Shown: positions 9,441 to 20,067, counted from the first letter of the stretch. The stretch: DNA of 64,000 nt from Actinomycetota bacterium (GCA_036505215.1 DASXTW010000087.1:23886-87885); one strand, 5' to 3'. A program made the numbers and translations. The notes: a model not told the origin generated them from the letters alone.

Positions 9441-10130
9441 AGAGTCACTGTCCTGGTGGTACTTCGCCGAAAACTCCCGGTTCGGCCTGTCCGCGGAGCT
9501 CCCCGCGGCCCAAGGGGCGGTGGTGGCCACGGCCCTGGAGCGGCTGGCCGATCGGCTCCCGGTGATGCCCGGCGAGGATGGTGAGTGGTCCATCGATGCC
9601 CGTCGGGCCGATGCCCTGGTGGCATTGTGCTCGTCCCGGATCGCCCACCATGCCCACCCGGACCGGGCCACCGTGGTCATCCACGCCCGCCTGGACGGGC
9701 CGGGAGGCGAGCTGCACAGCTGCGAGGTCGAAGGAGGCCCGGCCATCCACCCCGAGGTGGCGAAGCGCCTGGCCTGCAACGGCCGGACCCAGGTGGTGCT
9801 GGAGGACCGGGCCGGCCAGGTGGTGCGCCTGGGACGAGTTCAGCCGAGAGCCCCCGGAGTGGATGATGCGCCAGCTCAAGTACCGGGATCGGGAGTGCAC
9901 CCTCCCCGGATGCGGGGGCAGACAGTTCACCCAGGCCCATCACGTCGTGTGGTGGGAGCAGGGGGGCCCACCGACCTGGACAACCTCGTGCTCGTGTGCA
10001 CGTTCCACCACAAGCTGGTTCACGAATACGGGTGAGGGTGAGTCGCGACCGAGACGGCACGGTCCTGTGGTTCCGGCCAGACGGGACCGGGTACCGTGCC
10101 GGGCCGGGGCCACCCGGCAAGATCCTGAAC
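9441..10130 (+). pseudogene. Degraded HNH endonuclease (DUF222 / 13E12-repeat family) remnant: 5'-truncated, at least 2 frameshifts and an internal stop
   Basis: DUF222-like text WYFAENSRFGLSAELPAAQGAVVATALERL... continues in a second frame as LKYRDRECTLPGCGGRQFTQAHHVVWWEQGG (HNH motif). It returns to the first frame (LVLVCTFHHKLVHEYG*), then carries on as WRVSRDRDGTVLWFRPDG after a stop. An in-frame TGA lies immediately upstream and there is no start codon. Confidence 0.7.
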
Positions 10131-10352
10131 GCGAACCTGCGCTGGCAGTCGCCGGCTTCTGAGCGGTCAAGACCGCGGGGTTCTGGGTTCGGGAGATCCG
10201 GCAGCGTTAAGGCGGGGGCTACTCACTGCACCTCCAACAACGCTCAGAGACGCCCCTGAGCGTTCTTGGACCTAAGGGGATGCTATTCGAACCGATCCCG
10301 GCTCGCCCCCATTCTGCTTTGGCTCCTCGAGGGGGTGAGCAGGGAACAGTAG

Positions 10353-11730
10353 TCACTCACCGTTCTGCACTGCGAAGAGCTGCCACTCGCCGGGCACGCC
10401 CTTCAGCACGTGAGTACCCCGGTCCTCGAACGCCAGTCCCGAGCCCGCGACGAGATCTCTCACGGTCCTCGAGAGGAGGACCTCTCCCGGCCCAGCGAGC
10501 GCTGCAACTCGGGCGCCGATGTGAACCGCAACTCCCCGCAACTTCTCCCCGACCACTTCACACTCGCCCGTGTGGAGCCCGGCCCTGATCTCGATGCCGA
10601 GACCCTTCATGGCATCCCGGATGGCCGACGCGCACCGGATGGCGCGGGCGGGCCCGTCAAACGTTGCGAGGAACCCGTCCCCAGCGGTATCGATCTCACG
10701 GCCCCGAAACCGCGTCAGCTCCTGGCGGACGAGCTGCTGATGGTCCTCGAGGAGCTCAGTCCAGCGTCGATCGCCCAGGTCTGCCGCGAGCTTCGTCGAG
10801 TCCACGATGTCGGTGAACATCACCGTCGTGAGCACCCGCTCCGGTTCCGAAATCTCCCTGGTTCCCGTCAGGAACTCGTTGACCTCCTGGAGTATCGACT
10901 CCGAGTCGCCGTTCCAGGGCCAATGGTCGGTACCGGGGATTTCCACGTACTTCGCGCCCGGAATCCGTTCGGCCAGGAACCGCCCCTCCTCGACGTACAC
11001 CACGCGGTCCCCTGTTCGATGCAGCACGAGAGTGGGCACGCGGATGGCGGCGAGGACGTTCCTAATATCGATCTGCGCGTTCATCCGGGCTAGCGTGATG
11101 GCTGCGCCAGGGCTCACCGACAGGCGTTCCAACTTCGCGAACCACTCCTCGTAGCGCTTGTCCCCCACCATGCTCGGAGCGAACAGCTCCAGGTACATGG
11201 CCCCGTCGCCCCAGGACTTTTTCCACCGTTCGAGGCTCCGGTCCAGCTCCGCCGGCGTCTGTCCCCAGGGATACTCGGGATCCTTCGCGGAAGCCGCGAA
11301 GCAACCGTACAGAATGAGCGCGGTCGTGCGCTCGGGATGCGTGGCGGCGAACAACGTGGCCATCCCTCCAGCATCTGAGGGAGCGAACAGCGCCGCGCGG
11401 TCCGAGCCGACGTCATCCATCACGGCCCGGACATCGTCCATGCGCTGCTCCAGGGGTGGGGAGCTCGGTGTCGGGAACCCGGTCGGAGAGTCCGGTCCCA
11501 CGCTTGTCGAAGAAGATCAGGCGTGAAAAGGAGGCCATCCGTCGGAGAAAGCGGGCGACGCCGGGATCCTCCCAGAAGTGCTCGACGTGGGAGATGAATC
11601 CTGGGACGAGGATGAGGTCGCGATCGCCGTTCCCCAGCATCTGGTACGCGATGTGGACATCGCCACTCTTTGCGTACCTCGTCTTCGGTTCCATTAGGCC
11701 CGTCGCCCCACGGGGCCCAGTCTTCGCCAC
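10353..11730 (-). CDS. Alpha/beta-hydrolase domain fused to class III adenylate/guanylate cyclase; reading frame interrupted by an apparent 1-nt frameshift near 11452-11466
   Basis: The 11413..11730 ORF encodes the hydrolase N-terminus (…FFDKRGTGLSDRV…). The 10353..11501 ORF continues as …PPLEQRMDDVRAVMD… and ends with the cyclase domain (FTDIVDSTKL…GDGFLATF…GLHTGE). The two overlap by 89 nt in different frames across a C-rich homopolymer tract. Confidence 0.7.
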
Positions 11731-11811
11731 GTTCGGAACAGGTCAAGACTTAAAGGGACCGAGCGCAATCCAACCAGCCGAATGAGGAGCAAGCCCGTGG
11801 TGGGTCTGGAG

Positions 11812-12164
11812 TGGAGGTGGCGGGAATCGAACCCGCGTCCCCGGGCGACCGGCTGGGGCTTCTACGGGCGTAGCCGCCGGCCAGATCTCACCTCGAGCCC
11901 TCCGGCGGCGGAGGGGCTCTCGGCCAGCCCGGCTGAGATGTCCGGCGGCGGCCACCAGGCCGAACTACCACCGTGAGCCTGCTCACGACGCCCGACCCGC
12001 GGGCGCAGGCGTCCCGCGGCGGACGGCTACCTAAGGTTTGTTAGGCAGCGAGCGCCATCTGAGAGTTGGCACTTGTTGTTGTCCCGGCTTTTAACGAGGC
12101 ATCCGGGGACCTCGGCCCGCTTCCCCCAGGCAGTAACCACCCAGGTCGAAGCCTGTTCACCCCC
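11812..12164 (-). ncRNA. ssrA: tmRNA (transfer-messenger RNA, ssrA); predicted tag peptide ...ANSQMALAA
   Basis: The 5' end GGGGGUGAACAGGCUUCGACC pairs with the 3' end …GGGUUCGAUUCCCGCCACCUCCA (tRNA-Ala-like acceptor and T-arm). Internal ORF GCC AAC UCU CAG AUG GCG CUC GCU GCC UAA. smpB lies immediately upstream on the same strand. Confidence 0.9.
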
Positions 12165-12238
12165 AATATTCAGTTCTCAGCACCTACGAGTATACGAGGG
12201 GGTCCAAGGGGCCAGCAGGGCGCCGATACAGCTCGGAG

Positions 12239-12379
12239 TTAGAGCCGCTTGTCGCGAAGGCCGATGGAAGCGGAGCGCTTGGCCCGGAGGATATCCGGGT
12301 CCCGGGGGTCGACCGGAAGGACAGGGGTGCGGTCGTCCTTCTCCCGCCTTGCCTTCTGCTCGATCCTGACCCGTCGCAT
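12239..12379 (-). CDS. Unannotated 46-aa basic small protein (MRRVRIEQKARREKDDRTPVLPVDPRDPDILRAKRSASIGLRDKRL) between smpB and ssrA
   Basis: ATG is preceded by a perfect AGGAGG with 7-nt spacing (plus-strand cctcct at 12387-12392). TAA stop. Below the size cutoff of the ORF track. Confidence 0.45.
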   Translation of the reverse strand: MRRVRIEQKARREKDDRTPVLPVDPRDPDILRAKRSASIGLRDKRL

Positions 12380-12492
12380 CGAAACGCCTCCTCTTTGCGT
12401 TATCGGTGAGACCGGGCGACACCTAAGGGTTTTCCCGCTTGTCTTGTGTTCTAGGACCTTCGGCGGGGTCAAAAGGTTGCCTCTGAGCGGCG

Positions 12493-12955
12493 CTATCGAG
12501 GAGTCCGCCGCCGCCGATCGGCGAAAGCGCGTTCCATCTCCCTGCGGTGCTCCCGCTCCGCGATGGCGTCCCGTTTCTCGAATCTCCTCTTCCCCCTTCC
12601 CAGCCCCAGCTCCATCTTGGCCAGGCCGCGGGTGAAGTAGATCTTGAGCGGAACGAGGGTGAGCCCCCGCTCGGCAGTCTTTCCTATCAGGCGCTTGATC
12701 TCGTCTCGGTGCAGCAGGAGCTTTCGGGGCCGCTTGGGGTCGTACCGGCGAGTGTCGGCCATCTCGTAGGGAGGGATGTGCATGTTCTCGACCCATACCT
12801 CCTCCCCCTCCACACGGGCGTATGCATCGGACAGGCTGGCCCGCCCCGCGCGGAGTGACTTGACCTCGGGGCCCGTGAGCACCATGCCGGCCTCGAACGA
12901 CTCCTCGATCGCGTAATCGTGCCGAGCCCGCCGGTTGGTCGCTACCGTGCGGTCT
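12493..12955 (-). CDS. smpB: SsrA-binding protein SmpB
   Basis: …VATNRRARHDYAIEESFEAGMVLTGPEVKSLR…LLLHRDEIKRL… is canonical SmpB. Start chosen at GTG 12955, just after the ftsX stop. The longer track ORF overlaps ftsX. Confidence 0.9.
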
Positions 12956-12965
12956 CCCTGGGGCA

Positions 12966-13844
12966 CTAGACCTCGAGGAACTGCCGCATGGCGAACAGGC
13001 TGGCGATGGCGGCCACGACCACCCCCAGACCGAGGAGCCATGGCACGGTGAAGATCACGTCCGGCGTGCCGACCAGCGGGAGGAACCCGACCTTTCCTCG
13101 GAGCGGGTCGATGAAGGCGACCTTCATGATGAACAGCCCGAGGATGGCCGCGCCGGCGCCGAGAAGGCCTTCGATGATCCCCTCGATCAGGAACGGCAGC
13201 CGGATGTGCCAGTTGGTCGCGCCGACCAGCCGCATGATCCCGATCTCCTTTCGCCGGTTGAACACGGCGAGTCGGACCGTGTTGCCGATCAGCGCCGCCG
13301 AGGAGATCAGCATGACGATGGCCACGGCCAGGACGCCGACCCGGAACACCCGGGTCACCGCGAACAGCCGCTTCAGGATGTTCCGCTGGTCGACGATCTT
13401 GTCGATCCCGGACTGACCGGTGAGCCGAGCCGCCACCACGTCGAACTTCTGTGGGTCCTTCAGCTTCACGCGGAACGAGGCCGGCAGCGAGTCCGAGGAT
13501 ACGTTCTCCACCAGGGCCTTCTGGTTCTTGAAGATCTCCTGGAAGCGCCGGTAGGCCTCATCCTTCGACTCGTAGTGGACGCTCGCCACCTCTGGCATCT
13601 GGTTGAGGACGTTCCCCAAGTTCTCCTGCTGCGAGGGGCTGACGTCGTCCCGGAGGAACACCGAGACCTCGACGTTGGCCTCCGTTCGCGCGATGAGCAG
13701 GCCGACCTCCCGTTGGACCAGCAGGGCCCCGCCAACCAGGAACAGGGCGATGAAGGCAGTCGACACCGCGGCGAAGGCCACCAGGCCATTCCGCTTCAGG
13801 CCCTGGAGGGTCTCCTTGAAGTAGTAGTCGACCCTAAGCGCCAT
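12966..13844 (-). CDS. ftsX: Cell-division ABC transporter permease FtsX
   Basis: [21 protein letters not shown]…, four transmembrane segments, large extracellular loop. Overlaps the ftsE stop. Confidence 0.85.
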   Translation of the reverse strand: MALRVDYYFKETLQGLKRNGLVAFAAVSTAFIALFLVGGALLVQREVGLLIARTEANVEVSVFLRDDVSPSQQENLGNVLNQMPEVASVHYESKDEAYRRFQEIFKNQKALVENVSSDSLPASFRVKLKDPQKFDVVAARLTGQSGIDKIVDQRNILKRLFAVTRVFRVGVLAVAIVMLISSAALIGNTVRLAVFNRRKEIGIMRLVGATNWHIRLPFLIEGIIEGLLGAGAAILGLFIMKVAFIDPLRGKVGFLPLVGTPDVIFTVPWLLGLGVVVAAIASLFAMRQFLEV

Positions 13845-14520
13845 AGCCGTACACCCCTCGGGCCTGGTCCCGCACAACCCGGCCCCCATCCAGCTCGATC
13901 ACCCGCCGGCGCATCGCGTCCACGATGGCGTTGTCGTGGGTGGCCATGATGACCGTGGTACCGGTCCGGTTGATCCGGTCCAGCAGCTTCATGATGTCCA
14001 CGGAGGTCGCCGGATCCAGGTTCCCGGTGGGCTCGTCGGCGAGGAGGATCAGCGGCCGGTTGATAAAGGAGCGGGCGATCGACACCCGCTGCTGTTCGCC
14101 TCCGGAGAGCTCGTCCGGATAGTTGTTCAGCTTGTCGCCCAGCCCCACCAGACTGAGGATCTCCGGGACCCGCTGCTCGATCACGTGGCGCGGCTTTCCG
14201 ATCACGTCCAGAGCGAAGGCCACGTTGTCGAACACCGTCTTGTCTGGCAGCAGTTTGAAGTCCTGGAAGACGGTCCCCAGGTTCCGCCGAAGGTATGGGA
14301 TCTTCCAGGGCGTGAGCCTGCCGATGTGCTTGCCCGCCACGTAGATCTCGCCCTTCGTAGGTTCCTCTTCCTTCAGGAGCAGCCGGATCAGCGTGGACTT
14401 CCCCGACCCCGAGGGTCCCACGATGAACACGAACTCGCCCTTGCCGACGTCGATCGAGACGTCCTCCAGGGCCACGACCGTGTCCTTGTAAGTCTTGGTG
14501 ACGTTGACGAGCTTTATCAT
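13834..14520 (-). CDS. ftsE: Cell-division ABC transporter ATP-binding protein FtsE
   Basis: [13 protein letters not shown]…GPSGSGKST…[13 protein letters not shown]…[11 protein letters not shown]. Confidence 0.9.
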   Translation of the reverse strand: MIKLVNVTKTYKDTVVALEDVSIDVGKGEFVFIVGPSGSGKSTLIRLLLKEEEPTKGEIYVAGKHIGRLTPWKIPYLRRNLGTVFQDFKLLPDKTVFDNVAFALDVIGKPRHVIEQRVPEILSLVGLGDKLNNYPDELSGGEQQRVSIARSFINRPLILLADEPTGNLDPATSVDIMKLLDRINRTGTTVIMATHDNAIVDAMRRRVIELDGGRVVRDQARGVYGYGA

Positions 14521-14699
14521 GAGGTGAAATCTCCGCAGGTTGAAGGAGACGGACGCCTCTTTCGGTCTCGGCATGTTAGCAAAGCCCTTTGAGCAAGGGA
14601 ACGAAGCTTCGCCGCACGGAATCCGGGCACGCCGAGTTCGACCGGGCCAAAAATGGGAACAAGTGGAGTTCTGTAAGATCGGCCGCTGAAGGAGCTTCC

Positions 14700-16028
14700 G
14701 TGCCGGAATCGAATGTCACCGATCCAGAGCTCTCCGTCATCGTCCCGGTTTGGAATGGGGAGCACAGCCTGGGGAAACTGCTGCCCGCCCTCTCCTCCGT
14801 CCTGGAGTCGACCGTCCCTGGCCGCACGGAGGTCATCGTCGTGCTGGCCCCGGGCGATCCCGTCGACTCCCTGGCGGAGCGGTCTGGTGCTCGGGTCGTC
14901 CGGTTCGAGCAGCCCGGCTACGGAAACGCTCTGAACGCAGGCCTTGCTGCAGCGGGCGGCCGGTGGGTGATCACCATGGACGCGGACTTCTCCCACCACC
15001 CGGAGTTCATCCGGACGCTCTGGCTGCGCCGGAGGGAAGCGGACGTGCTGATCGCGTCGCGATACGTGCCGGGCGCCTACGCGGCCATGCCCCTGTCCCG
15101 ACGGATCCTCTCCCGCGCCCTGAATCGTCTCTACCGCACCGCGCTGGCGCTGCCCCACAGCGATCTGTCCAGCGCCTTTCGTATGTACAGCCGCGCCGTC
15201 CTCGACGACGTCGGCATCGTGAGCGCCGACGGACTGGACTCGCTGCAAGAGATCTTGGTGAAGGCGTACAGCCAGGGGTGGAAGATCCGCGAGGTCCCTC
15301 TGTTCTACCGGCAATCGAGGACATGGACCAGCGGGCGACTCGCCGAGCTCGGGGCCGGGTACCTGAAGACCCTGCGGCGGCTGATCGCGTTGCGGAACTC
15401 GGTGAAGTCGGCCGACTACGACCACCGGGCCTTCGACTCATGGATCCCGTTGCAGCGCTACTGGCAACGGGCGCGGTTCCGGGTGATCCGCAGCATGGTG
15501 GACGGATCGACCCGCATCCTGGACATTGGATGCGGCTCGAGCCGCATCGTCCAGAGCCTGCCCCAGTCGGTAGGACTGGACATGCAGATCCGAAAGCTTC
15601 GGTGGCTTCGGGCCCCGGGCAGGCAGCTCGTTCAGGCCTCGCTCATGGAGCTCCCCTTCGCCGACCACGCCTTCGACGCCGTGATCTGCTCCGAGGTCAT
15701 CGAGCACATCCCCAGGAACTCGATCGATCTGGGAGACATGGTCCGGGTGCTGGCGCCGGGAGGAACCCTGGTCCTGGGGACTCCGGACTACGGCCGGTGG
15801 ATCTGGCGCGCTCTGGAGGGGTTGTACAAGAAGATCTTTCCCCAGGGCTACGCCACGGAGCACATCAACCCCTACACGCGAAGAGAGCTGCGCCAGGAGA
15901 TCGAGCGGCTCGGCCTCACGGTGCTCGACGTTCAGTACGTGGGCGGCTCCGAGATGATCTTCCACGCCGAGAAGCCTGCCGCCGCCATGGCCCCGGCCCG
16001 TCCCGCCCTGCGCGTGGCGGGCTCCTAA
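14700..16028 (+). CDS. Bifunctional GT2 glycosyltransferase (polyprenol-phosphate mannosyl/glucosyl transferase, Dpm1/Ppm1-like) fused to class I SAM-dependent methyltransferase
   Basis: GTG 14700 is preceded by AAGGAG (5-nt spacer). N-terminal [11 protein letters not shown]…DAD (GT-A DxD) and a C-terminal MTase with ILDIGCGSS…LAPGGTLVL motifs. Confidence 0.75.
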   Translation: MPESNVTDPELSVIVPVWNGEHSLGKLLPALSSVLESTVPGRTEVIVVLAPGDPVDSLAERSGARVVRFEQPGYGNALNAGLAAAGGRWVITMDADFSHHPEFIRTLWLRRREADVLIASRYVPGAYAAMPLSRRILSRALNRLYRTALALPHSDLSSAFRMYSRAVLDDVGIVSADGLDSLQEILVKAYSQGWKIREVPLFYRQSRTWTSGRLAELGAGYLKTLRRLIALRNSVKSADYDHRAFDSWIPLQRYWQRARFRVIRSMVDGSTRILDIGCGSSRIVQSLPQSVGLDMQIRKLRWLRAPGRQLVQASLMELPFADHAFDAVICSEVIEHIPRNSIDLGDMVRVLAPGGTLVLGTPDYGRWIWRALEGLYKKIFPQGYATEHINPYTRRELRQEIERLGLTVLDVQYVGGSEMIFHAEKPAAAMAPARPALRVAGS

Positions 16029-17147
16029 CCCGCCTGCCCGTTTCCTTGAGTGGCGCGGCGGTGGAGCTCGGCCTCGATCAGTTGCTCGATCTCGCCGTCG
16101 AGCACCGCGTCGACGTTGCCAACCTCGACGCCGGTCCGGTGGTCCTTCACCAGCCGGTACGGGTGCAGGACATACGAACGGATCTGCGAGCCGAACTCGA
16201 TATCCATCTGGTGGCCGCGGAGCTTCTCGATCTGCTCCAGCCGCTCCCGCCGCATCCGGTCGGCCAGGCGAGCTTTCAGGATCCGCATGGCCACGGCCCG
16301 GTTCTGGATCTGTGACCGCTCGTTCTGGCACGCGGCTTGGATCCCCGTAGGGATGTGAGTGATGCGCACAGCCGAGTCGGTCACATTCACGTGCTGGCCG
16401 CCTGCGCTGGAGGAACGAAACGTCTCCACCCGCAGATCCTTGGGATCGATCTCGAAGTCCTCCTCGTCGTCCTCGGGAAGGAGTGGGATGACATCCAGGG
16501 AAGCGAACGAGGTGTGCCGTCGGTGAGCCTGGTCGTACGGCGAGAGCCGGACCAGCCGGTGGACCCCTCGTTCCGCCGACAGCAGGCCGTAGGCGTTGGT
16601 TCCCTTCACCGTGAACGTCGCGCTCTTGAGCCCGGCCTCCTCGCCCGGGAGGACCTCGTCCAGCTCGGCGTCGAAGCCCTCGCGCTCGGCCCAGCGCAGG
16701 TACATGCGGAGCAGCATCTCGGCCCAGTCCTGGGAATCGATACCCCCGGCGCCGGCGTGGAGGCTGGCCACGGCGTCGTTGGCGTCGTAGGTACCGGAGA
16801 GCAGGTTGGCCAGCTCGACCCGGTCGAGCTGGGCCTGCATGGCCTCGAGCCTGGAACGCAGCTCGCGGGCCATCTCGGAATCTTCCTCGGAGGAGAGCAA
16901 CTCGTCCATGATCCGGACGTCGTCGAGCTCCTTGAAGAGCTTGTCGTAGCGCTCGATGTCGTCGTTCAGCCGGGAGAGCTCGGTGGTCAGGCGCTGGCCC
17001 TGGGACGGATCGTCCCACACACCGGGTTCGAGGAGCTTCTCTTGCAACATGCCGGCGCGGGCGCGCTTGCGCTCGACGTCAAAGGTACTCCTTTGCGCTG
17101 GCCACCCTTCGGGCGAGATCCTCGATGCGGTCGCCGTACTCGCTCAT
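16025..17147 (-). CDS. prfB: Peptide chain release factor 2, expressed via programmed +1 ribosomal frameshift
   Basis: ORF0 gives MSEYGDRIEDLARRVASAKEYL and ends at the in-frame UGA of AAGGAG UAC CUU UGA C. The +1 frame continues DVERKRARAGMLQEKLLEPGVWDD… with an SPF loop and the GGQ motif (SAGGQHVN). Confidence 0.9.
17078..17084 (-). promoter_or_regulatory. prfB autoregulatory +1 frameshift site CUU UGA C with upstream internal SD-like AGGAG
   Basis: Exact match to the E. coli-type shift heptamer, with the SD-like element 3 nt upstream. Confidence 0.85.
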
Positions 17148-17153
17148 GCGGAC

Positions 17154-19850
17154 TCAGGCCGTCATCCCGTGGCACTTCTTGTACTTCTTGCCCGAACCGC
17201 ACGGGCAGGGGGCGTTGCGAGGAATCTTGTCCCCGACGGACTGGGCGCTGCCAACTGCGGGGCCCGCCGCGCCCTCGTCACCGTGAGAGAGCTGGACCCG
17301 TTGCGGCCGGGGTCGGGCCGGCTCATCCTGACGCACCAGCTCGACGCGGTAGATGTAGCGAACGAACTCCTCCTGGATGGCCGCCTTCATCTCCTGGAAC
17401 ATGTCGAAGGCCTCGCGCTGATATTCCACCAGGGGATCGCGCTGGCCGTAGGCGCGGAGCCCGATGCCCTCCTGCAGGTAGTCCATCTCGTACAGGTGCT
17501 CGCGCCACTTGTTGTCGATGATCGAGAGCAGGACCATCCGCTCCAGCTCCCGGAGGATCGGGTCGGCCGCGCTCTCGTCGGTTCCGAGGTCGCGCTCCTT
17601 CTGTTCGTACGCCTCGTAGGCGTCCTGAAGAGCGAGCTCCAGCACCTCCTCGGCGCTGTCGATCTCCTCCAGCGCGGCCTTGGTCAGCCGGGTCGGGTAC
17701 ACCGACGACAGCGCGGCCACCAGGCCCTCCAGGTCCCACTCCTCGGGGTAGACGTCCTTCGAGACGTACTGTCCGACCGTCTGTTCGATCACCTCGGACA
17801 CGTACTCCAGCGCCTCTTCCTTGAGGTCTCGTCCCTCCAGGATCTTCCGGCGTTCCCCGTAGATCACCTTGCGCTGGGTGTTCATGACCTCGTCGTACTT
17901 CAGAACGTTCTTGCGGATCTCGAAGTTCTGCTCCTCGACGTTCTTCTGCGCGGTCTCGATGGCCCGAGTCACCAACTTGGCCTGGATGGGCTCGTCCTCC
18001 GGCCAGTTGAATCGATCCATGATCTTTCCGATCCGGTCGGAGGCGAACAGACGCATCAGGTCGTCCCCCAACGACAGGTAGAAGCGTGACTCACCGGGGT
18101 CCCCCTGGCGGCCGGACCGGCCTCGGAGCTGGTTGTCGATCCGCCGCGACTCGTGTCGCTCGGTGCCCAGGACGTACAGGCCACCCAGCTCGACCACCTC
18201 GTCGTGCTCGGCGTCGGTCTGCTTCTTGAACTTCTCGTAGATCGGCCGGTACTCGGCCTCGTAGTCCTCGCGCTCCTCAGGATCCATCTCGAACAGCAGG
18301 TAGCGATCGTTGTCGAAGCCGCGGGCGGCCATCTCCTGGCGGGCCAGGTACTCGGGGTTGCCGCCGAGCAGGATGTCCACGCCTCGGCCGGCCATGTTCG
18401 TGGCCACGGTGACCGCGCCCCGGCGCCCGGCCTGGGCCACGATCATCGCCTCCTTCTCGTGCTGCTTGGCGTTCAGGACGTGGTGGGGAATCCCTCGTCG
18501 GTTCAAGTACCCCGACAGCCGCTCGGACTTCTCGATGGAGACCGTGCCCACAAGGATCGGCTGCCCCTGCTCGTTGCGCTCCACGATGTCCTCGGTCACG
18601 GCCCGCCACTTGGCGTCCTCGTTCTTGTAGATCAGGTCCTGCTGGTCGGTCCGGATCATGGGCCGGTTCGTGGGGACGTCGTTGACGGAGAGCTTGTAGA
18701 CCTCCTCGAACTCACGGGCCTGGGTCCTGGCGGTGCCGGTCATGCCGGCCAGCTTCTCGTACATCCGAAAGTAGTTCTGGATGGTGATGGTGGCCAGGGT
18801 CTGGTTCTCTTCCTTGACCCTGACGCTCTCCTTCGCCTCGATGGCTTGGTGCAGACCCTCCGAGTACCGACGCCCTTCCAGGACCCGCCCGGTGAACTCG
18901 TCGACGATCTTCACCTCGCCCTGGGTCACGATGTAGTCGACGTCCCGCTTGTACAGCTCCTTGGCCCGGATCGCGTTGTACAGGTAGTGGACGAGCGGGG
19001 TGTTCACGTGATCGAAGAGGTTCTCGATCCCGAGTTCCTTCTCGACCTTCTCCACCCCGGGTTCCAGGACCGAGACGGTGCGCTTCTGCTCATCGACCTC
19101 GTAGTCGACGTCACGCCGGAGACGCGGTCCCATCCGGGCGAAGGTCTGATACCACTTCGCCGAGTCGGCCACCATGCCGCTGATGATCAGGGGGGTCCTG
19201 GCCTCATCGATGAGGATGGAGTCCACCTCGTCCACGATGGCGAAGTGATGCCCCCGCTGGACCATATCCGCGGTCTGCATGGCCATGTTGTCCCTGAGGT
19301 AGTCGAACCCGAACTCACTGTTGGTGCCGTACGTGATGTCGGCGGCGTAGGCCGGGCGACGCTGCTCCGGAGACATCTGGGCCTGGATCAGGCCGACAGA
19401 GATCCCCAGCGCCCGGTAGATCGGCCCCATCCACTCCGAGTCGCGCTTGGCCAGATAGTCGTTGACCGTGACCAGGTGGACCCCGTTTCCCCCCAGGGCG
19501 TTCAGGTATGTGGGCAGGGTCGAGACCAGCGTCTTTCCTTCACCGGTCTTCATCTCGGCGATCCTGCCCTCGTGGAGGACGACACCGCCCATGAGCTGGA
19601 CGTCGAAATGACGCTGCCCGATCGTTCGCTTGGCCGCCTCCCGGACCAGGGCGAAGGCCTCGGGGATCAGGTCGTCAGGCTGCTCGCCCTCGCCCAGCCG
19701 CCGCTTGAACTCGTCGGTCTTCCCGATGATCTCGGCGTCGGACAGCTCCTCGATCTCATGCTCGAAGGAGTTGATCAGCCGAACGTATTCCTCCAGGCGC
19801 TTCCGCCTGCGCCCTTCGCCTAATTGTCCGAGCTTCTCCAGACCAACCAA
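17154..19850 (-). CDS. secA: Preprotein translocase ATPase SecA
   Basis: 898 aa with DEAD-like motor motifs and the C-terminal zinc-binding tail [14 protein letters not shown]. Confidence 0.95.
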   Translation of the reverse strand: MVGLEKLGQLGEGRRRKRLEEYVRLINSFEHEIEELSDAEIIGKTDEFKRRLGEGEQPDDLIPEAFALVREAAKRTIGQRHFDVQLMGGVVLHEGRIAEMKTGEGKTLVSTLPTYLNALGGNGVHLVTVNDYLAKRDSEWMGPIYRALGISVGLIQAQMSPEQRRPAYAADITYGTNSEFGFDYLRDNMAMQTADMVQRGHHFAIVDEVDSILIDEARTPLIISGMVADSAKWYQTFARMGPRLRRDVDYEVDEQKRTVSVLEPGVEKVEKELGIENLFDHVNTPLVHYLYNAIRAKELYKRDVDYIVTQGEVKIVDEFTGRVLEGRRYSEGLHQAIEAKESVRVKEENQTLATITIQNYFRMYEKLAGMTGTARTQAREFEEVYKLSVNDVPTNRPMIRTDQQDLIYKNEDAKWRAVTEDIVERNEQGQPILVGTVSIEKSERLSGYLNRRGIPHHVLNAKQHEKEAMIVAQAGRRGAVTVATNMAGRGVDILLGGNPEYLARQEMAARGFDNDRYLLFEMDPEEREDYEAEYRPIYEKFKKQTDAEHDEVVELGGLYVLGTERHESRRIDNQLRGRSGRQGDPGESRFYLSLGDDLMRLFASDRIGKIMDRFNWPEDEPIQAKLVTRAIETAQKNVEEQNFEIRKNVLKYDEVMNTQRKVIYGERRKILEGRDLKEEALEYVSEVIEQTVGQYVSKDVYPEEWDLEGLVAALSSVYPTRLTKAALEEIDSAEEVLELALQDAYEAYEQKERDLGTDESAADPILRELERMVLLSIIDNKWREHLYEMDYLQEGIGLRAYGQRDPLVEYQREAFDMFQEMKAAIQEEFVRYIYRVELVRQDEPARPRPQRVQLSHGDEGAAGPAVGSAQSVGDKIPRNAPCPCGSGKKYKKCHGMTA

Positions 19851-19954
19851 TGAAAACTCCTAAGGGGTTGTTCAGGGGACCGACTCCCGATTATAGGGTC
19901 GGCCTCTGAGAGAAACGCCTGAGCACCGTCGAACCTTCCCGAAGGGTCCATGTC

Positions 19955-20063
19955 GGGGGGCTACCGCTCGGCTTCGCCTCGCTACTTGAGCCCCCCGAAC
20001 CCCCGGGCGGGGGGCTACCGCTCGGCTTCGCCTCGCTACCTTGAGCTCCCGAACCCCCCGGCG
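19955..20063. repeat. Two tandem copies of a ~54-bp GC-rich hairpin repeat (ggggggctaccgctcggcttcgcctcgctac-ttgagc-cccccg…)
   Basis: Copies at 19955-20008 and 20009-20063 differ by only a few nucleotides. Core is related to the repeats at 29831-29885 and 41876-41942. Confidence 0.7.
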
Positions 20064-20067
20064 GGGC

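Noticed and set aside
9184-10352. Possible insertion sequence or mobile element
   Set aside because: Only an HNH-endonuclease remnant is present. There is no transposase, no terminal inverted repeats and no target-site duplication.
11743-11976. ORFs 11743..11955(-) and 11782..11976(+) and a tRNA-like end at 11812-11830
   Set aside because: These lie inside the tmRNA gene. The tRNA-like T-arm/acceptor is the tmRNA 3' domain, not a separate tRNA.
12239-12796. 185-aa ORF spanning the smpB-ssrA spacer and the smpB 3' end
   Set aside because: It overlaps smpB in a different frame. Only its last 46 codons, which have their own AGGAGG RBS, look like a gene.
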